From Octopus bimaculoides (Eukaryota), in NCBI RefSeq assembly GCF_001194135.2, contig NC_069009.1, positions 9,551,509 to 9,600,543 on the forward strand: a DNA stretch of 49,035 nucleotides, written 5' to 3'. The position numbers were made by a program, and so were the translations under genes. Under the pieces are notes generated by a model. The model saw only the letters and a list, made by a program, of their open reading frames with translations, was not told the origin of the DNA and made no database searches. Shown here piece after piece: positions 35,640 through 47,077 of the stretch; position 1 is the first letter of the stretch; each line of letters begins with the position of its first letter.

Positions 35640-36830
35640 CAGCAGGCTGGCAGAATTGTTAGCACACTTGACAAAATGTTTAGTGATGTTTCTTCTAGCT
35701 CTTTATGTTCTGAGTTCAAATTCTGCTGAAGTTGACTTCACCTTTCATCCTTTTGAAGTCAATACAATAAGTACCAGTTGAGCACTGGGGTTGATATAAT
35801 CAACTTAACTCCCTCCCATAAAAATTTCAGGCATATGTGCCTATAACAGAAAGAATTATTGTAATTATTATTATTATTACTATCATTATTAAGGTGATGA
35901 GCTGGCAGACATTAGCTTGCTGGACAAAATGTATGGTGGCATTCTGTCTGTCTCTGCATTATGAGTTCAAATTCTACCAAGGCCGACTTTCAGGGTTGAT
36001 AAAATAAGTACCAGTTAAGCAATGAGATTTATATACTCAACATACCACTACCCCAAACTTATTGGCCTTGTGCAATCTGAAACCATTATTATCATTATTA
36101 TTGTTACTGTTGTAGGTGGTGAGATGGCAGAGCTGTTAGCATGCTAGACAAAATACTTAACAGCATTTCATCTGTCTTTACATTCTGAGTTCAAATCCCA
36201 CCAAGGTTGACTTTGCCTTTCATCCTTTCAGGGTTGAAAAAATAAGTACCAGCTGAGTACTGGGGTCGATGTAGTTGACTTACCCCTCCACCAAAATTTC
36301 AAGCCTTGTGCCTATAGTAGAAAGGATTTGAGATGACCCCCTCAAGCCAAGTAAAATTGTAGTCATGGCAGATACTGGTGTCATGCAAATGGCACCCATT
36401 ACACTCTTGGAGTTGTTGGCATTAGGAAGGACATCCAGCCATAGAAACCATGCCAAATCAGACTAGAGTCTGGTGCAGCCTTCCAACTTGCCAGCCCTGG
36501 TCAAACCGTCCAACCATACCAGTATTGACACTGAACATTAAATGATGATGACGATTATCAAGGTTGGCAAAACCGTTAGCATGTAATCGACTGACACCCA
36601 TCTGTACAAAAACTGCTGGCCTTGTGTCAAAATTTGAAACCATCATTATTATAATCTAAGATTATAATCTAAAGTGGCAATCTGTTACAATCATTAGAAT
36701 GCCAGACAAAATGATTAGCAGCATTTGTTCTGTCTCTTTACATTCTAATTTGAAATTCCACTGAGGTTGGCTTTACCATTCATCCTTTCAGAGCCAATAA
36801 AATAAAAGTACCAGTCAAGTACATTTTACA
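35640..36830 (+). mobile_element. Train of 4-5 SINE family B copies with an RTE tail (36335-36555)
   Basis: Repeated (g)agctggcaga...TGAGTTCAAAT(T/C)C...tttcatccttt...aataagtaccag, separated by (ATT)n. Confidence 0.8.
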
Positions 36831-37090
36831 GATTGTACTGGGTTCTTTTTCCATGGCACCAGGACTAGGGAGCTCACCTGGCAACTAAACAGCCAAAATA
36901 AGCCCTCTCACTGAAATGAGAAATGGGGAGAGAGATTAGGTGAGATGATGAGAGAGGGTAAAGTATTATGAGGGGAGGAGATTTATTGTTGTGCAAAGAT
37001 GGTGGAGAAGGGAGTGACATAGGGAGTAGTGTTGAGGGGAGTGAGGATGAAAGAGTAGGAAAAAGAAAAAGGGGTTATATATATACTGAC

Positions 37091-37204
37091 TTGCTGGAAG
37101 CAGTGGCTTGTATCAGCTTCATCTCAGATTCAACAGGTTCTTCACAAAGGGCTGCAGGTTCAATCAGTGCCTCGTCTACATCATCAAACCAGATATCAGC
37201 TTTT
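37091..37204 (-). CDS. REXO4: REXO4-like exon (114 nt)
   Basis: tttcag|a KADIWFDDVDEALIE...ATASS aa|gtcag. DIWFDDVD is characteristic of REXO4, and phase 2 joins the next exon. Confidence 0.9.
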
Positions 37205-37319
37205 CTGAAAGGCAAAACAAAAACATCAATAACAACTGTTTCTAATTTAGGCAGAAGAACAGCAATTTTAAGGGGAAGGGTTTATTGATTACATTGAACC
37301 AGAACTAGGCTGGTGTTTT

Positions 37320-37760
37320 ATTTCATTGACAGCTCCTTTGCCAGTGCCATGTAGTAAGGAATCTGTGTCAGCACCATGTAAACGAACACCTGTACCACTG
37401 TCATGTAAAAAAAGCATTCGTGCTGGTGTCACATAAAATGGACCCTGTGGCAGTGCCACATAAAGAGCACATCATGTCAGCACCATGTAAAAAGCACCTA
37501 TGCTGGTACTACATAAAAGAGCATCCATACTGGTGCCACATAAAAAGCACTCATGCTGGCACCATGTAAAAAGCCCTGGTGCTGGTGCCACACGAAAGCA
37601 CCCAGCACAGTCTGCAAAGTGGTTGGCATTGGCAAGGACATCAAACCATAGAAATCATGTCAAAACAGATAGTTGGGGTAGCTCTCTGGCTTACCAATTC
37701 CTGTCAAACCATCCAACCCATGCCAGCAATGGAAAATGGACATTAAATGATAATGATGAT
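37320..37760 (+). mobile_element. RTE 3'UTR/tail copy with expanded short internal repeats
   Basis: Several (g/c)accatgtaaaaagcac-like units, then the ccatgccagcaatggaaaatggacattaaatgataatgatgatga tail. Confidence 0.75.
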
Positions 37761-37764
37761 GACT

Positions 37765-40700
37765 CCAGATGGACGAAAAGTAAAGTTGACCGTGACAGGA
37801 TTTGAACTTAAAGAGCCAGAACAACTGCTACAAAATGCTTTTTTCTTTGGTCTAGTGATTAAAGCACTAAACAATGCAAAAAACCCCACCCCACCCCACT
37901 CCGCCTCCCTAAATTCTATTTCTGAAACCAGATCACTGTTACCTTTCTCTGCTGCTCTATTGACCCAAATACCTGGGAGACAATTACCAAGGATTGCCCA
38001 AAGTGATGACATGTCATCATCAAGGGAACGGACCAAAGAGAAAATAACAGTTGGCAAGAGGCAGGGATCAGACACAAAGAATGACTCGCACTTCCTCGTC
38101 CCCTGCGATAAATTCCCCTGGCTCTTCTATAGCAATAGAAAATGTGGCCAGGATCCTTACTGAAAGGGGGCTGAGAATGCTGGATCCACAGGACTGACAC
38201 AGAAAACAACGCAGAATGTACCAAGGACTATGAGATCAGAACAACAGACACCAGACTTCCGATGTATCTGTGGTCGGAAATTCGACTCTGAAGAGGGAAT
38301 GAAGATCCATCCAACAAAAATGAAATGTGCCACCAAAACAGTAACTCAGAAGTAGCAGACTGCGAATGCAGATAAGACATTCGGAGACCAAAACCAGGTC
38401 AGAAAACAGTGCTGAGGACGATACCCAAGCAGATGAGTCTACAGTGGGAGTGCAATCCCAAGAGGCACAAGTAAGGCATCCAAGAATCAAATTCTCTCCA
38501 ATGAGCAGTGAAGGGACAGGAGAGCCTTGAAGGGACAGGAGAGCCTTGAAGGGACAGGAGAGCCTTGAAGGGACAGGAGAGCCTTGAAGGGACAGGAGAG
38601 CCTTGAAGTATGACAAGCAGCCAGGCTTGTGGTGAAATAAGGGACAGTATTTGCAGAGAGCAAACAACTAACCAGAAAGAATAGGAGATGGAATCCATAA
38701 GATAGAGAAAGAAGTGCCTGAAAAAACAACTGCAGACCTCGTCCTGAGAAGGAAGATCTGTTGAAGATTCGGAAAGACCTCAGAGAAAAGCACAGATCCC
38801 TCAGCAGAGCAGAATACCTGAGGAAAAAAAGACTTAAACAGAAAAAATAGAACAAGACCAGGTGAGCCATTCAAATATGCTAAAAGCCTCTTTGATCAAT
38901 TACAGTCAGGTGTACTAAATATTGAGAAGTTCACCTCAGGAAGATGTATTCCAGCCCTAAACAACTACAACCACTTGACCATAATACAAACTTGGTGTGG
39001 CCAAATCGCCCTGGGGTGGAATTCAACAATAAGTCTCCAACACATGCTGAAGTCAGGAAAGTTGTCAATAAAGAAAAGAACAAGTCAACTCCAGGACCAA
39101 ATGGCAAACCATATCTCTTGTATAAGAAATGCCTCAATGGTCTGAAATAGTTGCATGAAAGGCTTGCACTGGTTTGGAAGAATAAGATGGTCCCGGGTCA
39201 ATGGATGAAGGTAGATGGAGTGTACTTATCAAAAGAATAAGACTCAAAAGGAATCAACCAGTTCCAACCAATTTCACTCAATGTCGAAGGGAAGATATTT
39301 TTCTCAATAATGGCTCTCAAACTGATCGATTATCTACTTCATAATAGCTAAGTAGACACATCTGTTCAGAAGGGTGGTGTGCCAGGCTGGATGCCTTGAA
39401 CATGGGAGCATGATCTAGGAAGCTATTCAGAAGACAAGAGAGAATAAGACTGACCTTGATGTAGTCTGGTTAGATGTAGCAAATGCATGTAGCTCTGTTC
39501 CTCATCAGATGACACTCCAGATACATCATGTACCAGTAGAAATATACAAAATGCTTTATTCCTACTTCTCGGGGTTTCAGATGCAGTTCAGCATCAACAG
39601 ATACACAACTGTCTGAGTTAGATTGGAGGTTGGAATTGCGATGGGCTGTGCAGTGTCACCAATACTCTTTGTGATGGTGATGCAGATACCTCTCAGGGTA
39701 GTAGAAAGCAAAGCAAGTGCAGCAGACCTTGGCAATGGATGTAAGATGCCACCCTTGAAAGCCTGCATGGACAACACTATTATTCTTGCATCAAAGGTGC
39801 CAGAAACCCAGAATCTGCTCAACCAACTGGATGAGTTGATAGTCTGGTGCAGAATGGCTTTCAAACACAAAAAATCTAGGAGCCTTTCCTTAAGAAGAGG
39901 GAAAATAAAGGAAAGCAGCCAAAAGATTCCCACTGTATCAGAGTAGCCAGTGAAAAGTCTTAGAAAGTGGTAATGACAAGACTTTGAAAGATGTCTATCA
40001 AACGAAGAAAACAGCCAAGACTGTAGTGGAGTGTCTACTCAAGATCAACAAGCATCCTCTGCCCAGCAAATGCAAGGTCCAGTGTCTTCAGCATATGCTG
40101 ATACTAATGTTGCTATGGCCCCTCCTAATGTACAAAATTGCAACTTCAGCAGTGAAAGCAATGGAAGCAAAAACAGGTACACCAGAAAGTGGCTTGGTGT
40201 ACCCATGGAGTCTGACTGATGTTGCTCTCAAATGCGAGAGGGCAAAACTGAGACTGCCTTTCAAATCTTTAGTCCAAGAGTACAAGGCGGAGAAAACAAG
40301 ACGCAACTAAAGCTAAAAAACTCCAAAGATGGCATGGTTAGATCAGTGCAGCCAAGACAGGTCGGAAGAGGGAAGCCATAGGTGCAATTGGTGATGCTGA
40401 GAAGAATCTGAAGACCCAAGAAATGATGAAGGTTACACAGACAGGAAGGTAAGGACTGGGCAATACCAATGTGCAGGCAAAGTCCAAAGGGAGGTTAGGA
40501 CTGAAGAGGAAAGAAACAGATATGTGAAAGCCATCCAACAATCTCAGTAAGGGCAATGGACAACCTGGAATGCAGCAATGCAGAAATCTCTCACATGGAA
40601 TGACATGTGGCACATGGCACCACTCAGACTGAGTTTCATAATAAAAGCAACTTATGACCAGCTTCCTTCAAACACCAACTTTGTAACGTGGGGCATGGAA

Positions 40701-41330
40701 GACATGTCAATATGTCCCCTGTGCAAAGACAAATCCCAGTCAATGGATCATGTCCTGAGTTCCTGCAAGGCTGCTCTCACAGATGGCAGATACACATGGA
40801 AGCAGAAGAATACTGGAAGAATTGACCACTTCAATGTGGGACCAAATGTAGTGGGATACAACCAAATCAAAAGTGGCCTTCGTAACCAAAGAAAGAAAGG
40901 AGTGGGTTGGCACAAAGAAGATAACAGGATATGAATTTGAACCAGAGAAAATCTAGTTGGATGCAAGGATTCTTGGGAAATTGCTGCAGACATCAGTGAG
41001 AAGCACAAGAACTACCCAAGGTGATTCTCACTGAATTGTCATATGAGAACTGCATAAAAGAGCAGCACATTTTTGAGATAAGCAAATATGGTGAGCTGGC
41101 AAAGCAGCTAAGGAGTGAAGGTTACCATTGTCCTGTGAAGCCAGTTGAAGTTGGATCACAAGAATTAGTGGCTGCATCAACCTGTTGGCTACTTGGGTAG
41201 TTGAGTATTAAAGGCCATAGAAGAACTGTCACAATTAAAAACTTGTCTGATGTTGCTGAAAAGAGCTGAATGTGGATATGGGTGAAAAGGAATGATCAAT
41301 GGACCTGGTGATGAATTCCATTGGTTATTT
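37765..41330 (+). mobile_element. Near-complete decayed RLE-type non-LTR retrotransposon (HERO-like)
   Basis: N-terminal CxCG...GMKIH..MKC finger. RT segments PGPNGKPYLLYKKC, QPISLNVEGKIF, QKGGVPG, VWLDVANA, GIAMGCAVSPILF and KACMDN. CPLC...HVLSSC knuckle with GRYTW, and a C-terminal PVEVG...WIWVKR. Many stops and frameshifts. The clade call is from motif recall. Confidence 0.85.
38510..38608. repeat. Perfect 19-bp repeat x5
   Basis: GAAGGGACAGGAGAGCCTT at 38510, 38529, 38548, 38567 and 38586. Confidence 0.95.
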
Positions 41331-41914
41331 ACAGGAATAGAAGGAAGAAGAGAACTGGATCTTTCGTCAGCCAGAGTGGCCTGGTGGACTGAAACACAGA
41401 CCTGGGAACAAAAGAACAACCCAGGTGCAAATCTAGCTGCAGACAAGATTTTGGAAAGTAGTAGGAGGACACCTACGAGTCATGACCTGGGTGGGCCCAG
41501 CTCCCATAGAGTGTCAAGAATAAGGGCCAAAACACTTGTCAGATGGGAGTTCTTCCTTTAAAAATCTCTCCTGCTGTGCACTTGCCTTGTGGTGAGTTTC
41601 TGTTATTTATCACCCTTGGCCTGAACAGCCACCTCAGGTTGTGGTACCCTTCACACCCATCAGGATGAAGAGGCATAATCACTCACTACAGATCTGCTAC
41701 TCAGACATGAGTTAATGAGTAATTCTGCTAATTTAAAACCCTAAAAATAATTTCTAATTTAAGGTATGGGACCAATACATAACCAGTATTTTATTTTATC
41801 AACTCCAAAAGGAAGAGAGGTGAAGTTAACTTCCACAGTATATGAATTCAGAACTTGAAGTGCTGAAAGAAATACTACAATGCATTTTCTCTAAGACTAA
41901 AAATCAATCCATAG

Positions 41915-42055
41915 CCTTGTTCATGTGATACAATGATTGTGAAGAAAGCAGACAAAAAGCTGAAAAACTACCCCTTAAAATTTCAGATTGCAAGGATTTG
42001 GAAGATGAAGTCTGTAAAAATTGTACCTGTGATAATTGGTGCATTTGGGACTATC
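41915..42055 (+). mobile_element. RLE C-terminal fragment (R4/Dong-like)
   Basis: IVKKADKKLKNYPLKFQIARIWKMKSVKIVPVIIGAFGT. Confidence 0.65.
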
Positions 42056-42400
42056 ATCAGCATCATCATTTAAAGCCCGTTTTCCAAGCTGGCATGGGTT
42101 GAACAGTTTGACAGGAGCTGAAATGGCCAGGATCCACACCAGGCTCCAGTCTGTTTTGGTTTGGTTTCTAGAGCTGGATACCCTTCCTAACACCCAACCA
42201 CTTCACAGAGTGTACTGGGTGCTTTTTACGCGACACCATCACAGGTGCTTTTTTTTACACAAGATGAGTGCTTTTTATGTGGAACCAACACTCACAAGGT
42301 CACAAGACAAGGATCTCTCAGCTGAGAGTGATAAAATAGACAAATGGCTAAAGGGGATTGAAATGGAACGTCCTGGTTTGCCAGGAAGATCATCAGAAGG
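42055..42400 (-). mobile_element. RTE 3'UTR/tail copy
   Basis: catcatcatttaaagcccgttttccaagctggcatgggttg... Confidence 0.75.
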
Positions 42401-42829
42401 GTTTTGATGGCTAAGTGATATCATGTGGACACCTATGGGTTGCAGGGAGTAACCCCACAACCCACATAAATTCTACCAGTCAAGTTGAAAGGTAATAATA
42501 ATAACAATGATTTCTTTTATTTGACACCAGGGCGAAGGAGGAGGAGGACAATACAAAGACAGACATAAAGCATGGGGGGGGTTTACATATAATAAAATGA
42601 GAGAAAAAAAATGGAAGTATACACGATATACAATAAAACAAAGGGAAGTAATAATAGTAATAACGAGCACTCAACTACTCCATGAGCAGAAAAATAATGG
42701 AGTAACTCATCACAGGTTTATAGAAGTCTGGATATCATTGTAACAATTCTCACAAACTATTCTATAAATCCCTCTATTACAAACATGACTGACATGTACG
42801 TATCCCATAGGTTTCTGATATAAATATAA

Positions 42830-42860
<31 letters not shown>

Positions 42861-42944
42861 GGTCTAGACATTATGATGGAAATATAGCAATAGGAACCAA
42901 TGCACCAGTCCTCCTTTCCAAATGCAACTAATGCGTATGTACCA

Positions 42945-43225
42945 GCGATCAAGAGTCTGAAGACAGGGAAAGCCCTCAGCCCATCAGGAATCACTGCAGA
43001 GATGCTCAAAATATCTGGCAGTGTCGGCTACAGCCTAGTCACCCGTATAGTTAATCAGGTGATACACGAAGGAGTCACACCCAATGACTGGTGTAGCAGC
43101 ACCATAGTCAACTGCTACAAAGGTAAAGGTGACGCCCTAGACACAAACAATTACAGAGGTATAAAGTTGCTGGACCAGGTAATGAAGGTCACGGAGAGGG
43201 TCACAGCCCAACAAATTAGGGAGAG
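42945..43225 (+). mobile_element. RTE RT N-terminal fragment
   Basis: KTGKALSPSGITAEMLK...PNDWCSSTIVNCYKGKGDALDTNNYRGIKLL. Confidence 0.9.
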
Positions 43226-43559
43226 TCAGCCAGCTCACTGCCTTAGCAGCAGCAGTCACAATAATAACAATAATGAAGAGATGACAAAAGGATTGAATGT
43301 GGTAGAAGACAATACAGTTTGGGGGTTACATAAAATAAAAACCATAAGGAAGAGAAATAAAAAGAAGAAATTCCAAATAACAATTTCAAAGAGATTTCCA
43401 ATCATAAACCTGCAGCTCAATGCATTGTTTCAGCAAATCATCCATCAGAGTGGAATAGGCTTGTAAATAGTTCTTTTCACTAGTAAACCAAGAATAAATA
43501 TTTCTGGAGAACTAATCCCAGTTGATATTTACAGAAAATCTTCTGGAGTATAACTTCTA

Positions 43560-43915
43560 TCTTTTACTTATTTCAGTTATTTGACTGTAGCCATGCCGGG
43601 GCTTTTAGCTGAACCCATGAAGGGTTTTTAGCTGAACAAATTGACCCCAGGATTAATTTTTAAGCCTAGTACTTATTCTATTGGTCTCTTTTGCCAAATC
43701 TCTAAGTTATGGGGATGTAAACACACCAACACCAGTTGTCAAGTGGTGGTGATGGTGGGACACACACACACACAATGGATTTCTTTTAGTTTCCGCCTAC
43801 CAAATCCACTCACAAAGCTTTGGTCAGCCCAAGGCTATAGCAGAAGACATTTGCCCAAGGTGCTACACACATATACTCATGTGGTCGCAAAGCAAACTTC
43901 TTACCGCACAGTCTC
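43560..43915 (-). mobile_element. SINE family A
   Basis: Homologous to 32650-33003. Confidence 0.85.
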
Positions 43916-44101
43916 ACCTGAATCTTTTTAGGGTTAGAAATTAAATGATTTGGCAAACAAAAGCTTAGAAGAAAGCAAGAAAAACAGAAGAAACCAGAAC
44001 ATTTTTAGGCATAATACAAACATCTACAATGAAACATGTTCTGTATATTTCCTAAAATTCAAATAATGTAGTTTGACTCATGGAAATGTGAAACTCCTTA
44101 A

Positions 44102-44310
44102 CCCTTTTGATACCTATCCGTCTGAAGCCACCCCCGGTTCTATGGTACAAATCCCTAGTTTTAAGGTAAGTTAAAACCTTCCACCAAAATTTCAAATTAA
44201 TTTATGTCCCAAACACTGGTTTAATAACGATAGCTATTTGAGTAAATTTTTCATTATCTTTAAAATTAATTGAAATAAAGTTGGTATATTTCAACAGGGT
44301 AACAAAAGGG
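44102..44310. mobile_element. piggyBac-type MITE
   Basis: TTAA|CCCTTTTGATACC ... GGTAACAAAAGGG|CTAA: 13-bp TIR with one mismatch and a TTAA-like TSD. Confidence 0.75.
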
Positions 44311-44331
44311 CTAAAAAAACATCACCGTCAG

Positions 44332-44613
44332 GAGTCGCTGGTGCCCCCTTAGGTATATTAAGATTATAATGCGATGAGCTTCTGGTGGCTCCCATGGAAT
44401 ATAAAAGATATAGTATGGCAAGTCACTAGTGACTCCCATGGAATATTGAGAATATGGCATGGTGAGTCACTGACAACTCCCATGATATGTTAAAAACAGA
44501 ATGGTGAGTCACTGGTGACTATCATGGTATGTTAAGAATATAGGGTAGCAAGTTACTGGCAACTTCCATGGCATATTAAGAATATAGCATGGTTCACTGG
44601 TGACTCCCATGGT
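44332..44613. repeat. ~44-bp minisatellite, about 6 units
   Basis: CTCCCATG-like core at 44389, 44433, 44477, 44519, 44563 and 44604. Confidence 0.85.
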
Positions 44614-44674
44614 AGGCAAAATATGGAACATGCTTAATTGCTAAAAACAGCAGCACAACTGCTGGAAGACTTAC

Positions 44675-44734
44675 TTGATGATGGATGTCTCTTGCATCTT
44701 CTCTTCTTTCTTCTTGACATTACTCTTCTGTACA
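44675..44734 (-). CDS. REXO4: Candidate upstream REXO4 exon (60 nt, Lys/Glu-rich)
   Basis: ttccag|t VQKSNVKKKEEKMQETSII aa|GTAAGT. Splice sites are strong and phase 2 matches the 37204 exon. There is no diagnostic homology. Confidence 0.6.
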
Positions 44735-44984
44735 CTGGAAGAATTATAATTAAACTTCATTGCAATTAACTGTTATCAACAAACTGCATTGTGAAAATAT
44801 TTTAATGTTCAACCTTTATGTTTATGTATTTATTTTGCAAGATTCTTGATTTGAAGCTGTCTTGAAACATTTATTGTTATACATGAGGATGGTCATCTTT
44901 TGCCAATTCAGCACACACACTATTTATTTGATCTTCACTTTAGTTTTATTATTATTATCTTTAGTTTCTTTGTGAAAGCTCTTT

Positions 44985-45083
44985 CATCACACATCCTGTG
45001 ACCTCTTCAGTGACTCTTTATCCCACATGTCTCGGAGACACATGGGACAAAGAGTCACTGAAGAGGTCACAGGAGGTGTGATG
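44985..45083. repeat. 99-bp near-perfect palindrome
   Basis: The arms are reverse complements about position 45034, with 4 mismatched pairs. Confidence 0.9.
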
Positions 45084-45560
45084 TTATGACGTGGGTATAC
45101 ATGTCTGGCGTAAAATGACATTACACAAATAAATAGTTGGTTATGGTTATCTAAAAATAACCTATCATAGAAATATATGTTAGCACAGAATGCACTTCGT
45201 ACTACTCAAACGTAGGTATGATATTCGGTATTCACTGTTCAACTACTGACTATTAAACCAACACATGTCAAACTAACACCGTCAACTATCCCCTTGACAG
45301 TTCGTTCAGTTCTTATTTATTGTAATTGGTTAGTCCACCTTCAGTCACGTGGGGGTGTTCAGGATTCTTTCATAACATTTCCCCTTTTATTAGAATTTAA
45401 CTCCGCCTTGAGCTCAATATCTTTTGCACTTAGGATCTATTTCAAGTACTTCTTTTCGTTTTCTTTTTCTCATACTTGAACATGTAGTTTCCACAATTTG
45501 TTTAGGTGTTGGTACATCAAACATATCATAGAAGACTTCCATTGGAATTCCATTTCTTGC
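45082..45560 (-). mobile_element. Gypsy-type 3' end: pol tail, polypurine tract and 296-bp LTR (45082-45377)
   Basis: The LTR has TGTTATG...CATAACA termini. PPT AAAAGGGGAAA (45378-45388) abuts it. Upstream peptide PMEVFYDMFDVPTP...KRKEVLEIDPKCKRY*. Confidence 0.75.
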
Positions 45561-45564
45561 AATA

Positions 45565-45940
45565 AATTTAAAGCAAAATTTTAGGTAAAAGAAAATTCAT
45601 TACCAGTTTTCAAACCCAAATATAATGTACTGTTTGTAGCACTGGAACAAGTGAATAAGGAATTAGACAGACTGGAAAAAATGGGAGTGATTGAAAAGAT
45701 CTACTATTCAGATTGGGCATCTCCAACAGTCTATGTAAAAATGAAGAACAATAAAATTTGTGTATGTGCAGATTTCTCGAGGGGACTAAACAAATGTTTA
45801 AAACAGTATAACTACCCATTACATAGCCCAGAGGAAACCTTATTGATATTAGAAAATTGTTCTGATGCTTACTTACAAATACAAGTGGAAGACAAATGTA
45901 CTAAGCTGCTAACAGTAAATAGCCATAAATTTGTTTTAAC
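45565..45940 (+). mobile_element. Ty3/Gypsy RT N-terminal fragment
   Basis: PVFKPK...KELDRLEKMGVIEK...WASPTVYVK..NNKICVCADFSRGLN...AYLQI. Confidence 0.9.
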
Positions 45941-45944
45941 TTGG

Positions 45945-47039
45945 GAAGGTTTATATTTTTATTAATTGGTATTTTTATGTTTCAGGTTCTATTTGTGACT
46001 AATCATGCCACATACAGAAGAAGCCTTAGAATTGTCCAAATTTCAAAGAGGACATATTGTGGGTCAATCGGAAAGTGGACTAAGAGTAAAATCACAGAAA
46101 ACCTTGGGATCTCTCTTTCTACAGTTAATAGAGTGCTTGTGCAATTCACTAGGGAGAGGAAGGAATCAACATTACCTCATTCAGGCCAACCAGGGCCCTC
46201 TGACAGGACCCTTCGCTTTGTTAAGAGAAGTGTAGAGGATAATCCTTGTTGCGAGGTCTTTGACATAGCAGAACAAGTTGATGTCAGTCCCAGAGCAGTT
46301 ATCAGGTATCGCCACAAACTTGGTTAATATGGTAAAGCAGCAAGAAGGAAGCCACTTCTTCGACCAGTCAAAACCAAGCAAAGAAAAGATTGGGCCAGTG
46401 AGATGGTGGAGAGACCACTAGCATTTTGGGACACTGATGAGTCCAGATTTGCCATATTTTCTGACAGTGGTCAAGTGTAGGTCTGGAAACTCTGTGATCA
46501 AGAATTTGATGTGAAATGATTGCAGCCAACAATGAAACACAGCAGCTATTCTGTGATGGTCTGGGAAGCAATGGTCGATCAGAGCTGGTGAACTGTGAGG
46601 GAAACATAAACTCAAATAAATATGGTCCATATTGCAGAAAGGACTCCTTCCAATCTTATCCAGTGGTGAAATGTTTAAAGAAGACTCTTTCTTTATAGAA
46701 GATGGGGCTCCTTGTCACACAGCTAAAAAGACCCATGGTTGGTTGGATGAGAATGGCTTTAAAAAGCTTCCATGGCCAAGCTAGTCACCAGGTATGAACC
46801 CTATTGAACACCTCTGGGACATAATGGATGGGACACCTTTTAAAAAGAACAACAAAGCATCCTCAAAGCCAAATCTTTTCAAATTATTGCATGAAACTTG
46901 GCAAGAATTTCCTCAAAAGACTATTTGTCATCTGATCAGTAGCATGCCTAATAGGGGCCTTGCATTGAAAAATGCAAAGGACATGTCTACTGAATATTAG
47001 ATATTTATATTATCTATATATATATATAAATGAGAATGT

Positions 47040-47077
<38 letters not shown>

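Noticed and set aside
42945-43225. This RTE piece being the continuation of the 4510-5475 piece (breakpoints both near KTGKA)
   Set aside because: The pieces are 37 kb apart, differ in sequence where they overlap, and the family is high-copy. Coincidence is likely.
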